Under the pieces are notes generated by a model. It saw only the letters and a program-made list of their open reading frames with translations, was not told the origin of the DNA and made no database searches. This document shows, piece by piece, positions 48,285-61,875 of a stretch of 64,000 nt of DNA. The translations under genes were made by a program, and so were the position numbers. Origin of the DNA: Narcine bancroftii (Eukaryota); the NCBI RefSeq assembly GCF_036971445.1, contig NC_091471.1:351974001-352038000 (forward strand). The letters are read 5' to 3'. The first letter of the stretch is position 1. Each line of letters begins with the position of its first letter.

Positions 48285-49317
48285 CACAAGAGAAACTTGT
48301 CCGTGAACTACTCTTTGCAGACGATGCCGCTTTAGTTGCCCATTCAGAGCCAGCTCTTCAGCGCTTGACGTCCTGCTTTGCGGAAACTGCCAAAATGTTT
48401 GGCCTGGAAGTCAGCCTGAAGAAAACTGAGGTCCTCCATCAGCCAGCTCCCCACCATGACTACCAGCCCCCCCACATCTCCATCGGGCACACAAAACTCA
48501 AAACGGTCAACCAGTTTACCTATCTCGGCTGCACCATTTCATCAGATGCAAGGATCGACAATGAGATAGACAACAGACTTGCCAAGGCAAATAGCGCCTT
48601 TGGAAGACTACACAAAAGAGTCTGGAAAAACAACCAACTGAAAAACCTCACAAAGATAAGCGTATACAGAGCCGTTGTCATACCCACACTCCTGTTCGGC
48701 TCCGAATCATGGGTCCTCTACCGGCACCACCTACGGCTCCTAGAACGCTTCCACCAGCGTTGTCTCCGCTCCATCCTCAACATCCATTGGAGCGCTTACA
48801 TCCCTAACGTCGAAGTACTCGAGATGGCAGAGGTCGACAGCATCGAGTCCACGCTGCTGAAGATCCAGCTGCGTTGGATGGGTCATGTCTCCAGAATGAA
48901 GGACCATCGCCTTCCCAAGATCGTGTTATATGGCGAGCTCTCCACTGGCCACCGTGACAGAGGTGCACCAAAGAAAAGGTACAAGGACTGCCTAAAGAAA
49001 TCTCTTGGTGCCTGCCACATTGACCACCGCCAGTGGGCTGATAACGCCTCAAACCGTGCATCTTGGCGCCTCACAGTTTGGCGGGCAGCAACCTCCTTTG
49101 AAGAAGACCGCAGAGCCCACCTCACTGACAAAAGGCAAAGGAGGAAAAACCCAACACCCAACCCCAACCAACCAATTTTCCCCTGCAACCGCTGCAATCG
49201 TGTCTGCCTGTCCCGCATCAGACTTGTCAGCCACAAACGAGCCTGCAGCTGACGTGGACTTTTTACCCCCTCCATAAATCTTCGTCCGCGAAGCCAAGCC
49301 AAAGAAAGAAAGAAAAA
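48285..49317 (+). mobile_element. 5'-truncated young RTE (BovB-like) LINE with 7-bp TSD
   Basis: Open frame from ELLFADD through FTYLG, WMGHVSRM and a C-terminal C2HC-type zinc finger to the stop at 49252. (aaag)n tail. TSD aactaga at 48278-48284 and 49318-49324. Confidence 0.95.
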
Positions 49318-49899
49318 AACTAGATGATATGCAGAATATAATGAAATCCCCCATTTATTGTTGTTGCAATTCCAGGAGTCAGAAAGAGACAATTTCCACT
49401 GAATTATGCTGTCAAGTATACAAATTCTCTGCATTTTTACAACATTGATTGGCTTATTAGAACCAGACTCAAGTTAATAAACTCTTATTTGTGTGCACAT
49501 TTGACTGAAAATGTCAGTACCTGGTAATTTATGTGTGATTAAAATGACACAGTTTTCAAACAGAAGTGAGTAGGATTGTCAGCACTTCTGGTGCAAGTTT
49601 AATAACCCATCCCCTGCTCCAGAGACATGCACAGCTAATTCACACATACTTACAGGCAAAGCTCTGTAGAATACACAGAATTGTGGCTAAAAACCCAATC
49701 CCTGCTTACCACACATTCATAATTAATGGTGAACTCCTTGATGTTCGCACAAATCACAGCTAATATCCACTCCATACAGTACAACATCCTCTCACAACCA
49801 ATACACCACCCTCTATGGCATGGTTAACATTCTATTTCCTGATTTTCCACTTCCACAATCATGAATGATCACATACACACACCTAAATTGGCACCTCCT

Positions 49900-51083
49900 A
49901 CTTTTGATTAACAGAGTCTAGCACTTTTTGTATCTGTGAAATAAAAATCTATTTTCACCATTTGGTACCATAATGGCATAAAACAAAGTCACAACTCTTT
50001 TCCCCACAAAGAATTCTTTATTGGGTTAAATTCCCATCTACATCTCAAAAGTCACATGCTGATGTCCAGATAGAAGAAAATCTTTCCTCCTTCATATTCG
50101 AGTGGTGCCCCCTTTCCTTTGCTCCTTTGGTTGCTGCTCTAAGAATTTTCTCATGATCCTGAAATTGTAGGCATTTAATCAACAATGAATGGGGCTTCTG
50201 GGCTGGAAAGGTTGGGGGAGCTGGGGGGCATGTGATCTATGCATTCTCTTTATTTCAATGTTGTCTCCCACTTGATCCTGTCCCAAAATTCTAGGTAGCC
50301 AATCTTGATGTCAGCACTTTCAATTCCTTCCTTAAGGCTGACAATTTTAACATTGTTTCTCCTACTAAAGTTTTCCAGAACATCTATTTTATCCCACAGT
50401 TAACTTTTTCCTGGTCCCAAGTGCTAACATCTGTGTCCAAACTGGTTACCTTATCCATACTTCTCTTCAACAACATTAACTCTTTCATTTAATGACTCTA
50501 TAACTCCTTCCATCTTTATTATTACTTTAAAAATATTATCATGTTACTCATTTGTATTTTTTCTTTTCTATCCAAAGCTCTTAAAATGCCATCTATATTA
50601 TGCCTAGACTTACCTTTCTTTGCTGCCTTCTTCTCCGTTGTTCTGGCAGCCTCTTCTATCTCTGCTGAAGTTGATTCTTCCAAACTCACAATGGAGTTGC
50701 CATTTTGTGATAACTCTTCTTCTTCGATTAATTTAGACTTTTGCAGTTTGCACACCAAGTCAAAGGTTACCCCAGCAGCTTGTCCCATCATTAACACCAT
50801 TGACGTCGCAGCGCTGGAGCCAGTTGAGAATTTTCCAATTGAGAAAAAGAGAAATTCATCTCTGGGCTTCTTGCTACACGAGGGCCTTTGCTCCCATGTA
50901 TCCTCCCTCTGCCAAGGTGTTCCAGAGGCTGGCAGGTGTATCCTGTTCTTCTTTGAACCCATTACTAAGTAGGTTCAGATATCATTTCGACAAAGAAAGT
51001 TATTAAAAAAAGTTGTGTGTTAAACCTCTTTTTTAAAAATTCTGGGAGGGCTAAGAGATCTCACCACATCACATGACTCCCCA
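49900..51083 (-). mobile_element. L1 5' end and ORF1 (degenerate); no ORF2 visible
   Basis: Minus-strand start ggggagtcatgtgatg; LENFSRRNNVKIV-type motif near 50340-50380; FFYLDIS motif near 50060-50080. Confidence 0.75.
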
Positions 51084-51899
51084 GGTTATTTTTGATACTT
51101 GCAAGACTGAGGAATTGTGGGGACCATTTCCAAACAGGTGTCAGAATTTGTGATTAATTTTCATTCCAATAAGTTCTGATGTCAACAATTACAATTGGTT
51201 TGAGGTTTTTTTTAAAAAAAGCACAATGTAATCTGTGGGTTAATAGCGATTCTTACAAGGGATTTGACAAATCACATCCATGGCAAGAGGATTTAGGGAA
51301 ATTCCAATCATTTTCAAACCAGGAGTTGGAAAGTGAGCTAGCTGAATAAAAGCAGGGAGTGGTGAAAGTACACATTAATCTACTACTTCACCCTGAGACA
51401 CAAGAGCCTGCTGTTTCTTAGAGTTCTCCAACTATTAGTGCTACTGATGTTGTTGAGACAGAGATTTGGATTGGAATTTGTAGGTCTTCCAACTAACTGC
51501 AGCCAAAGCTGGTGGGCAACTGACTGTCAAACATTTAGAAACTAAACTGTCTGATGAACTTCTCTGATGCATCCAGAAGGCTTTTGACGAGCCCTCAGGA
51601 TCTCGTAGGTTAAAGTTAAAGAAACATGTGGTTTCAACTCCATTGCCATCTCCACATAATGAGACAGTCCGTGACTGAAAACATGGAAATGTCTGATCTT
51701 GGTTTCCCCGTGGAGAGTGGCTGAGGAGAGGGGAGTCTGCATTCACTGCTTCATTTCCAATCCATCAGCTCAACAGAGCCAAGAACACAACAGACATTTG
51801 TCATGCTAAACAATTGTGAACAGGCTGATGTTAGAACCAATGGCAACCATAGTAACTATTCAGGCTTGCGTCCACTCAGAGACACACCTCACATTCACA

Positions 51900-52640
51900 T
51901 GATACTCATGTCTTCACAGGATCGAAGATGATTTGCTTTCACTCAGGTCAGCAGGTGACTGATGAGGTTGACCTGGAAGCCGTAGTGTCTTTCACAGATG
52001 GGCAGGAGGGGTGGGCAGTTTATGATGCATGCATCTGTTCTGCTATTGACCATGGACTTTTGTGAGCAACTAATGCATGAACCCAAGATTCTCAGCAACA
52101 TCCTGAATGCTCCCTCTCTACCTTAGGTGATCATGGGCCAAGGATTCACACATCAATGAAGCTGTTGCATGTTTTTACAAAAGCTTTAAGCACACCCTTG
52201 ACTCATGTTTTCTATCTATTCTCTAGCCATGACCAAGCTCAGAAACATCTTTTTCATGACTGATGATAGGCGGAAGACCAATGAGACCAGCCCAACAGTG
52301 ACAACCAAGTATGTCTTGGGACTTGATGATGGAAGAGTTAGCCTGGATGAGAATGTTGAGGTTGGATCTCTTATCCATCCAGAGGATTTGATGGAAGCAT
52401 TGGTGGTACCTCTCCAAAACCTTGAGGGTTTTGTTGTAGGTGGTCCAGATCTCAGAAGCATATACTGTAGGAGGGCTGTTCTTATTGCTGCCCACTGGAC
52501 CATGAGTGAGCCTGATCTGAGGTTCTGCTCTTCCTTGATTCTCCTTCATTGTCAATGTCTGCCTTTGCTGAGTTGGCTCCTGAGATATGGGAATTGTCCA
52601 TGTTTGCTTGCTAAGGTCTACCAGTGACTCTTTTAGACAG
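51900..52640 (-). mobile_element. Old RTE LINE 3' fragment
   Basis: VYASEIWTTYNKTLKVLERYHQC...KRSNLNIL, homologous to the young RTE C-terminal region. Confidence 0.75.
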
Positions 52641-52699
52641 AAGGTAGTGTTTACAGTGGGGAATGGTGCTAGAGGGCATTTGAGCTCTCTCTTTTCCAA

Positions 52700-53700
52700 T
52701 TTTCCACATGTTCGGGTAACAACAAATTAAAATTACAGATAGTTCGCAACAGTGAACATGTGATCCATGTTATTGATTAAAGAAAAAATCTAACTAATCT
52801 AATTAAATTTCTAACCTCAACCTATTATATGAGCAATTACTACAAAGTCAGGCATCAACTATTAATTTCAAAAATAATAGGTTCTGAAAAAAAGGAAATA
52901 AAAAGGAGAAAAAATCCAAAAATAATTGATCTATATATTTTGAAAATAATTTTAAAAAGAACTCCAAAGAGAAAAAAATTAATACTCGTTTTAGTAGTTG
53001 AACATGTAATTTTCTTAAGAGAAAAAGATCCCATCAAATCCAATGTGTATGTGTGGGAGGGACAACATCCTTCCACCACAGCAAAATGAGTCTTCTAGCA
53101 GTCAGGGAAGCAAAAGCAACCACATGGGATTGAGATAATCAAAATTAAGTCCATTGGTCTACTCATCCCAAAAATAGCAATAAAAGGGCTCGGAGACAGA
53201 TTTGTATCAAGAATTAAATATAATGCACTAAATACCTCTTTCCAGTAGTTACAAAGGGAGGGACATAATTAAAACATATGATTATAAAGTGCCTTCCTGA
53301 GTTGTAGACATCACATTTAGAGAATATATTGGGATACAATTTAGCTAATTGAACTTTGGAATAGTGAGCCCTATAGACACAGAGAGGATGAATGTACATT
53401 TTTCAAAATAGAGACCCATGTATCTTCAACAAACAGCTGTTGAAAGTCATGTTCCTAAACTTTCTTAATGTTAGTCCTTTCTGATTGGGTCTAAAATTAT
53501 ACAATTCCCAGATAAGATTAAAATCTAAATCTTGGGGAAGCCTCAAAGTTAAGGAGTTTAAGAAACTCCTAATGTATAAATAGTGAAAAAAAATGTGGGT
53601 AATTTAAATTTGGCAGATAATTGCTCTAAAGGAAGCAAAGTTTTGGTCTATACATGTCCAAGAAAGATTGAATACCCAACCTGGACAAGTGAACAATGAC
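52700..53700 (-). mobile_element. L1 ORF2 3' fragment
   Basis: YRAHYSKVQLAKLYPNIFSKCD, same family type as 40072-40269. Confidence 0.7.
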
Positions 53701-53859
53701 TTGAAACTCTACATTTGACACATGAAAATGCAGACTTTGCCAGCACACTGGCACATAATTGAGGTTGGTGACACCTAGCTTTTCCCATGGGAAGTTGGTT
53801 GGTAGTGAGGAGTTGGAATGAAGCATGCCATCATGAAACAAAGATAAGATGGAATTGTA

Positions 53860-54190
53860 AAAACACAATGCTGGAGAAACTCAGCAGGTCAAACTGTGTA
53901 CTTTATGTAGCAAATACAAAGATACATAACCACATTTCAGGCTTGAGCCCTTCATCAAGGTATGGAATTGAATTTGCTGAAGATGTTCCATAGTTTCCAT
54001 TGTTTTCCATCAATTTGGGGGATGCTATTTCATTGCAGAAGCTCTCAGACATGCTCATTAGATCGAAACTCTTCAGGCATAATCGGCATTAGAAGAAGGG
54101 CTCAGGCCTGAAATGTCAAATACCTCCTACTGAGTTTCTCCAGCACTTTTGTGCACTTGTACCAGTTCCCTGCATCTGCAGACTTCTTGG
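53860..54190. mobile_element. Two Penelope-like terminal-repeat fragments in opposite orientations
   Basis: aacacaatgctggagaaactcagc...tttcaggcttgagcccttcatcaagg, then gaagaagggctcaggcctgaaatg...gagtttctccagca. Confidence 0.65.
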
Positions 54191-55018
54191 TCACCTCCTG
54201 CATCATGTGACTTGGGCTCAGTAAGGAAGGAATCATCATTACTGGATTCATTTTTAAACTCACAGCATATAAGTACAGATCTGTTTCTGGCACCCAAAGG
54301 AATTTTCCCCACACTTTATGACTCAATTTCCTCAGCTGTAGGATTCCTATGCAAGTTTTGAAATGCGAGTTCCATGTACTCACAAGTTGAGTGTGAGCAT
54401 GCTTGTTTACAAAACTTTTCATGAATCATTCTTGCAATGCACAGACTGGGAACAGGTTGAACTTACAATGACGCAATAAAGGCTGGGTTTCGACAGCGAG
54501 GTCACTGATATTCTCCTGGCTTCTAGTTGCTGCTTCCAGATTAGTTACGTTGAAAAATATCTGGAAGGTGCTGGGTTCATGTAGCCCCACAATGTTGTAA
54601 TAACTTCATTAAACTAGGGATTGACCAGTCTGCAAGGAGCAAGTAGATTCATGTGATATAAGTATTGACATTCATGTTCCCATTCAGGTGGGATCAATAT
54701 TTCTATCACCACCTCTGATTATATTTTTTAATTTTTAAAAAATTTACTACAACTTTGTAACACAGGTTAGTTCTCTCGGTCAAGGTATCTGGAACTAGGG
54801 GGTGCAAATTCAAAATAAAGGTTACCCACTTCATACAGAGGAGGTGGTTCTTCCCTCAAAGGATTGTGAATGTTCGACATTCTCTGCTCCAGAGAGTGGT
54901 GTAGGTGGAGACAGGTAGAATATAATGCAGTCAAGGTGAATGGGGGAAGAGGGGGTCAATGACACTGATGCCAAGATTGGATCAGCTATGTCCTGCTTGA
55001 GTGGCTAATAGTCTTTTA

Positions 55019-55724
55019 AAGCCATTCCAGATAGGCAAAAACTTGGGATGTAAAGGTGGAAAAAATCCACCCAAACGCAAAAAGACCTACCTCTCTGAAT
55101 GTGTGAAGACGATCTCCAAGCCGCATAACCAACCCCTCTCAGAGGGATAATCTCCTCAGCGCAGCCCTTCGCTGATCAATTTGAATTGGCAGCTTTACTA
55201 GGCGGCTGTTTGGGGGTGGGCTGATAATGCTGTCAGCCCACGACCCATCTCCCCACTCACTCCTCTCCCTCCAAGTCATGGGCGGTGGGGAGCCCTCGGG
55301 ACAGTTTGGGCAGTGGGGACTGGCGGGGCAGCGGGGAAGGTTAGGGGGTGGCTGGGGCGGGCTGGGACAGCTTCACCGGGCAACTTCAGCCTTCAGAGCC
55401 ATTCTCTGCAGCTCAAAACACGGCAGAGCAATGACTGTTTCCCTACCCTTAATCCCCCACACAGCTGGAACTGTTCTGGGAACAATTGCATGGGGGATTA
55501 TGGGTAGGAAAGACAGCCATTGCTCTGCCGCATATTGATGATGGGTGGCACTATGGTACCAATCGGCCCACCTCCACGGGGAGGCAGAGAGCACTACGGG
55601 GCGCCTCTCCTTTGAAAGGGACGCTGAAGCAGCCTTTTTGGGCTGCAGTCTGAAATGGTAAGTTCAAGATTTCACCCCGCCACGTAGCCGGTCTTCAGGT
55701 GGAGGACCGAACAGAAATGGCCTT
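55019..55724. mobile_element. Non-autonomous DNA transposon (PIF/Harbinger- or Kolobok-like)
   Basis: Imperfect TIRs aagccattccaga/cagaaatggcctt in a ttaa/taa context; GC-rich interior; internal cagtctgaaatgg. Confidence 0.5.
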
Positions 55725-56407
55725 TTAAACTCTCCGTGTTCCAACCTGAAACTTATTTCTCTCTCTGCAGGAACTGCTTAACCTACTGAATGCTTTCAGC
55801 ATTTTCTGTTTTTATTTAAGGCAACATAATGTTTGTCTTGCTTGATAAATGCTCTCAGCTTTTCAGTAATGATTTATTAGTGTCAAGTGTGGTGCCTGGT
55901 GAATTTAAATTTAGTGAAATAAACCTGTATTAAAAAGCCAGTGGTGATAATTGCCTGTGAAGAGAATGAACAAACCACTGACAAACTATCTAATTCAAGT
56001 CTCACTACCAAGTTGTCAAGGGGAATTAAGGACAAGCAATAATTGCTGGTTGTGCCAACAATATCCACATTCTGTGAATGAATAAAACCTCCAACTGTCT
56101 GTGGCTAGTGCTGATTAAGGAAGCAACACAAGGTTATTGTGGGTGTAGCCATTCACATTTCTTCATCCAGAGTCCTCTGGGTTTATATTTAAACACTGAT
56201 TCAGAGTAACCAAGATTCTATGTGTACCTTTGCTCTTGTGGGTTGTTACGTACACAATTGATCAAACCCTTTATGAATTCCTGGTGCCACATGTTACTTA
56301 TTTATGGTAAGATCCACACAATCTGGTTACTGTGGCTGCCTTTCCAAGGTTAAAAGCTGTACCCAACATCAGTAAACAGGAGGCACATAAAGTCATAATA
56401 CAACAAA

Positions 56408-59400
56408 TCAGTTGACGTTTGCGAGCAGGTTCGCTAATCAAATGGAGAGGGGAGTTGTGGTTGCCCGGCAAGGGACAACTCAGAGAGGGGGAGGACATTT
56501 GGGGTTAAGGGAATTTTAGATGTGAGAATAGTGGACATATTTTATGTTTTAGAAGTGTCGTCTTTCAGTGTGTTAAAAAAAAGAAACAGAAATGGATAAG
56601 GAGGAAAGGTGGTGATGAGGAAGCAGAAATGAGAGGTAAACAAAGTATGAAATGGCCATGTTGAACTATATGACTATAAATATTAACGGAATACATAACC
56701 AAATCAAAAGGAAGAGGCTGTTAAATTTACTGAAGAAAGAAAAACTTGATATAGCATTCATGCAAGAAACGCATCTAACTGAAGTGGAACACAAGAAATT
56801 AAGGAGTGACTGGGTAGGACACGTAACGGCAGCATCATATAATTCAAAAGCCAGAGGAGTAGCTATATTAATCAATAAAAATGTACCAATCAAAATAGAG
56901 GAGGAAATAATAGATCCAGCAGGGAGGTTTGTAATGATAAAGTGTCAGATATATTCAGAATTTTGGAATTTGCTCAATGTATATGCACCTAATGAAGAGG
57001 ATCAAAAATTTATGCAAGATATCTTTTTGAAAATTGCAGATACGCAGGGGAATATACTGATAGGAGGAGACTTTAACCTTGATTTGGACTCAAAGATGGA
57101 TAAAACTGGAAAAAAGACTAGCAGAAAGAACAAAGTAACCAAATTTATGGTTAAATTGATGCAGGAAATGCAACTTTTGGATATATGGAGGAGACAACAC
57201 CCAAAGGAGAAGGAATACTCATATTATTCAGGTAGACATAAAACATACTCAAGGATAGACCTGTTCCTGTTGTCAGCCCACATCCAAGGGAGAGTTAGAA
57301 AAATGGAATATAAAGCTAGATTGTTATCGGATCACTTACCCCTGTTATTAGCAATAGAGCTGGAGGACATCCCCCCCAAGAAAGTATAGATGGAGAATAA
57401 ACTCCATGCTACTTAAAAGACAGGATTTTAGAGAATTCATTAGCGCCAAATTAAAATGTTCTTTGAAATAAATACAGAATTAGTGAAAGATAAATTTATA
57501 CTATGGGATTCAATGAAAGCGTTCATCAGAGGGCAGATAATAAGTTATGTAACTAAGATGAAGAAGGACTACAATCGGGAAACAGAACAGCTGGAAAGGG
57601 AAATAGCAAGTACAGAAAAAGAATTAGCAACAAGATACAACAAAAAGAGAATTGGCGGACAAAAAAAATAAAATATGAAACACTACAAACATACAAGGTG
57701 GAGAAGAACAAAATGAAGACAAAACAGAAATATTATGAGCTAGGAGAAAAAACACAAAATACTAGCTTGGCAGCTTAAGATAGAACAAACTAAAAGAATG
57801 GTATTGGCATCAAGGAAAAAGGACAAACAAATTACATATAACCCAACGGAGATCAATGAAAACTTCAAGGAATTCTACGAGCAACTATATTGAACTGAGA
57901 ATGAAGGGAAAGAAGACAAAATAGATGAGTTTCTTGTTAAAATTGAACTACCGAAATTGCAAGAAGAGGAGCAAAATAAATTAATAAAATCATTTGAAAT
58001 AGAGGAAATACAGGATATATTTAAAAAACTACCGAACAATAAAACACTGGGAGAGGACAGACTCCCAATAGAATTCTATAAAACATTTAAAGACTTATTA
58101 ATTCCTCCTCTCCTGGAAGTAATGAACCAGATTGAAGAAACACAAAACATGCCAGATTCATGCAAAACTGCAATAATTACAGTAATAGCAAAGACAGGGA
58201 AAGATCCATAACACCAGCATCTCTACTTAACACAGATTATAAGATAATAGCTAAACTATTAGCAAACAGATTGGCTGACTGTGTACCAAAAATAGTAAAA
58301 CTAGATCAAACTGGATTTATTACGACGAACAACAGACAATATCTGTAAGTTCATTAACTTAATCCATGCAATACAAGGAAACAAGACGCCAACAGTGGCA
58401 GTTGCCTGAGACGCAGAGAAAGCCTTTGACAGAGTAGAATGGAATTATTTATTCAAAGTACTACAGAGGTTCAACCTACCAGAGAAATACATTAATTGGA
58501 TTAAAGCATTATATAAGGGACCATTGGTGAAGGTGACAGTAAATGGATATTTATCAAACCAATTTAAATTAAGCAGGTCAACTAAGCAGGGATGTCCATT
58601 ATCTCCCTCACTGTTCGCTTTAGCTATAGAACCACTGGCAGAACTGATAAGAACAGAAAATAAAATAAGAGTGATAAAAATAAAAGAGAAGGAATATAAA
58701 ATCAGTCTATTTGCAGATGTCGTCATAGTATACTTAACAGAACCAGAAATATCAAAAGAATTACATAAGAAATTGAAGGAATATGGAGAAGTATTGGGGT
58801 ACAAGATCAACACAAATAAAAGTGAAGCGATGCCAATGAATAATGCGGATTTCACAAAGTTTAAGAAAGAATCACCATTTAGATGGCAAACACAAGCAAT
58901 CTGATACGTAGGTATACAACTAGATAATAATCTAGGCCATCTGTACAAATTAATTATCAGCCATTAATGAAGAAATTACAAGACGACTTAAGAACATTGG
59001 AAAGATTTACCACTAACACTGATAGGAAGGGTAAATTGCATTAAAATGAACATCTTCCCAAGGATACAATACCTATTCCAATCGTTACCAATTCACCTAA
59101 CAGAGAAATTCTTCAAGGAGCTAAAGAAAATAATAAGGAAATTCTTATGGAAAGGGGGAAACCGAGGATAGCTCTAGATAAATTAACAGAATGGTACAGC
59201 TACCAAACTTTAACAATTATTATAGAGCAGCACAATTAAGATACCCATCAGATTTTTAATCAAACAAGGGAAAAACCAGATTGGACCAGATTAGAGCTAG
59301 ATAAAATAGGGGAGAAGGTACCTGAACATATACTATATAAGTGGGTTGAAAAGCTGGTGCAACATAGGAATTCACCAGTACTGCACCATCTGCTCAACAT

Positions 59401-60587
59401 TTGGAAGAAAATTCACTTAGAAAGGAATAAAACAAATTATCAACTACCAAAATTAATATTGACGCAAAATCAACTAATCCTTTTCACAATAGATAACCTT
59501 TCCTTTAAAGAATGGGAGAGAAAAGGGATCAAAAGAATAGAAAATTGTTTTTCGGGAAATAAATTATTATCTTTTGAACAAGTGAAGGACAAATATAGTA
59601 TAACTCACGGTTATACCACCAACTGAAAACCTACTTGAAGGATAAATTGGGAAGCAGGCTGAGGTTACCAGAAGGAAGCAATTTTGAATACGTGATTACA
59701 GACACAATGATAATTAAAAGATTTATAACGAACATGTACATCAAACTGCAAGAAAAAGAGAACAAGGAAACAAGCTGTAAACCCAAATAAAAATGGGAAC
59801 AAATTTAAACATAAAGATAAAGAATGAAACATGGAAAAGCTATGTTCCAGAACTATGAGAAATACAATAAACACGAGGTTACGCATGATACAATACAATT
59901 GGTTACACAGGCTATACACTACGCCCCAAAAGTTAAATAAATGGGACCCAACAGTATCAGACAGATGTTTTCGCTGTAAGGAGGAAACAGGAACAACAGT
60001 ACATGCAATTTTGGCATGTGAGAAAGTGGAAAAGTTTTGGGAAGATCTAAACCAGGTATTAAATAAAATCACAAAAAGCAACATACCAAAAAATCCAGAG
60101 ATCTTTCTTCCAAGTAATATAAGAAGTAAAGAACTTGGATGGAGCATAAAAAAATTTATGATAGCCTCAGCTGTAACAAAAAAATGTATTATGTCAACCT
60201 GGAAATTAGAAGATAGCAATGAAATGAATAAATGTATTCCATTGGAAAAAAATAACAATTTAAGAAATAACATCACAGTATTCAAACAAATTTGGGAACA
60301 CAACAGAGAAGTCCTACCACAGACCTCCACCACCTAAAATGACAGAAGGAGAAGAAGACGAAATATACTGACCCAGTATGCAAAAGTAGAAGACACAAAT
60401 TTCTTGTTTATTTTCATTGTGTGACGACAGTGTTTAATGGGTATAATGTTTCATATATGTTGAACGTTGAGTGGGAGGGAAGGGGAAAGGGGAGAAAATG
60501 ACACTGTGTATATTCAAGAGGGAAATGTTTGTGTGTATTTTGGTCAGTATGGTTCATAGTGTGAAAAATAAAAAAAATTTAAAATGG
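56408..60587 (+). mobile_element. 5'-truncated L1 LINE (4.2 kb) with 14-bp TSD
   Basis: TSD cataatacaacaaa at 56394-56407 and 60588-60601; inter-ORF spacer, entire ORF2, G-rich 3' UTR, AATAAA and A-tail. Confidence 0.95.
56652..60337 (+). pseudogene. L1 ORF2p (APE endonuclease, RT, zinc knuckle), frameshifted
   Basis: NINGI, QETH, RGVAILI, NVYAPN, GGDFN, SRID and SDH (EN); DAEKAFD, QGCPLSP and FADV (RT, catalytic DD altered); CFRC...H...C. Confidence 0.95.
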
Positions 60588-60789
60588 CATAATACAACAA
60601 AGAATCCAGGAAAATGGGATGGAAACAGACAGTGCTGTTAAATTGCTGCACTGAGATTTAAAGGCCTGAGCTATTTGAATATTCTACTGTGATAAATGCA
60701 AAATTTAATTTTTTTAAAAAATCTGAAAATCTGCGGATAATAGCAAAATATTGTGGAAACTTATTTAATTTTAATGTTTTTAATTTTTT

Positions 60790-61012
60790 AAAAACATTTT
60801 ATTTAGACCTACAGTTCAGTAACAGGCCCTTTCAGCCCATGCTTCCCAATTGACCTACAACCTCCCAGTATGTTTTGGGCGATGGGAGAAAACTGGAGCC
60901 CCTGTGGAAAACCCACACAGACGTGGAGAGAAGGTAGAAACTGCTGGATTTGAAGCCTGGTCCCGACTGCTGGTACTATCAGTGTTGAACTAAGCACTAT
61001 GGTAACCGGGCC
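60790..61012 (-). mobile_element. V-SINE (HE1-like)
   Basis: gggagaaaactggagccc...acccacacagacgtggagaga is the reverse complement of the V-domain. Confidence 0.75.
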
Positions 61013-61245
61013 ACCCTGGTTCTCTCCAGATCACAGTAGTATCTTTGGCTCCGAACACTACTGGAACAAATTGCAGGTTAAACAAGAAAAGCTCCATCCC
61101 ATGAATGAATGGTGAGGAGAGCTTACAGGTACAGATGTCGAGAAAATGGATTTCACTTGTTTTTAATATACTAAAACCTTGTTAGCAGTAAATAAGGTTT
61201 AGTTAAAAAAAAACCCCATGAATTGCTGAAAAAGGAGTTTGTTAA

Positions 61246-61875
61246 TCTGCAGGAGTCATCTACTGCATCTAATGTTCCTGTTGAGGCCTCCTCTACATCA
61301 GAGGTACCAGGCGCAGACTGGGAGATCACTTCATTGAGCATCTCAGCTCTGCCCACCACAATAGCACGGATCTCCCAGCGTCCCAGTGGCCACCCATTTC
61401 AATTCTCCATCCCATTCTCTTGCTGATGTCTCACACACCACCATACTGAGACCACTGCAAATTAGAAGAACACCTCATTTTGTCTGGCATTAATGTCAAC
61501 TACTCCGGTGTCAGTAAGGCCCCTCCCCCCACCCCACCATCTTTGCCAATGTCTCATTTCCTCTAGTTTTCTCTCTCTCTCTCTCTCTTTTGCTCTTTCC
61601 TTTTCCTTCTGTGTCCTTACCCCAGCTCTACATTCAGAGAAAGCCCCCCTCCTCTTCCCCCAATCAATTCTCACCTTTCCTCTCCATATCCAATTAACAC
61701 CTTTTGACTTCAGCTCCACTCATCCCCCTGCCCTTTCTTTTAATTCAGACATCTTCCTTTTCTCCCCCCTTGTACTTTCAAAGTATCAAGCCCAAAATAC
61801 CGGATATATAGCTTTACCTCCGATGGACAGTGAGACCTGCAGAGTTTCTCCAGCATTTGAGTTAACTGCAATCAA
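61246..61875 (+). mobile_element. Penelope-like element: GIY-YIG endonuclease relic and 3' repeat
   Basis: Reads SAGVIYCI*CSC*GLLYIRGTRRRLGDHFIEHL, then LEEHLIL; pyrimidine tract; gagtttctccagca terminus. Confidence 0.85.

Noticed and set aside
43103-49317. The two RTE pieces as one element split by later insertions
   Set aside because: The 3' piece has its own TSD, the other piece sits cleanly inside a MITE, and the intervening repeats are older than the RTE.
48883-49434. 183-aa minus-strand ORF
   Set aside because: Antisense shadow of the RTE ORF.
58445-60333. Hydrophobic minus-strand ORFs (167 aa and 222 aa)
   Set aside because: Antisense of the A-rich L1 ORF2.
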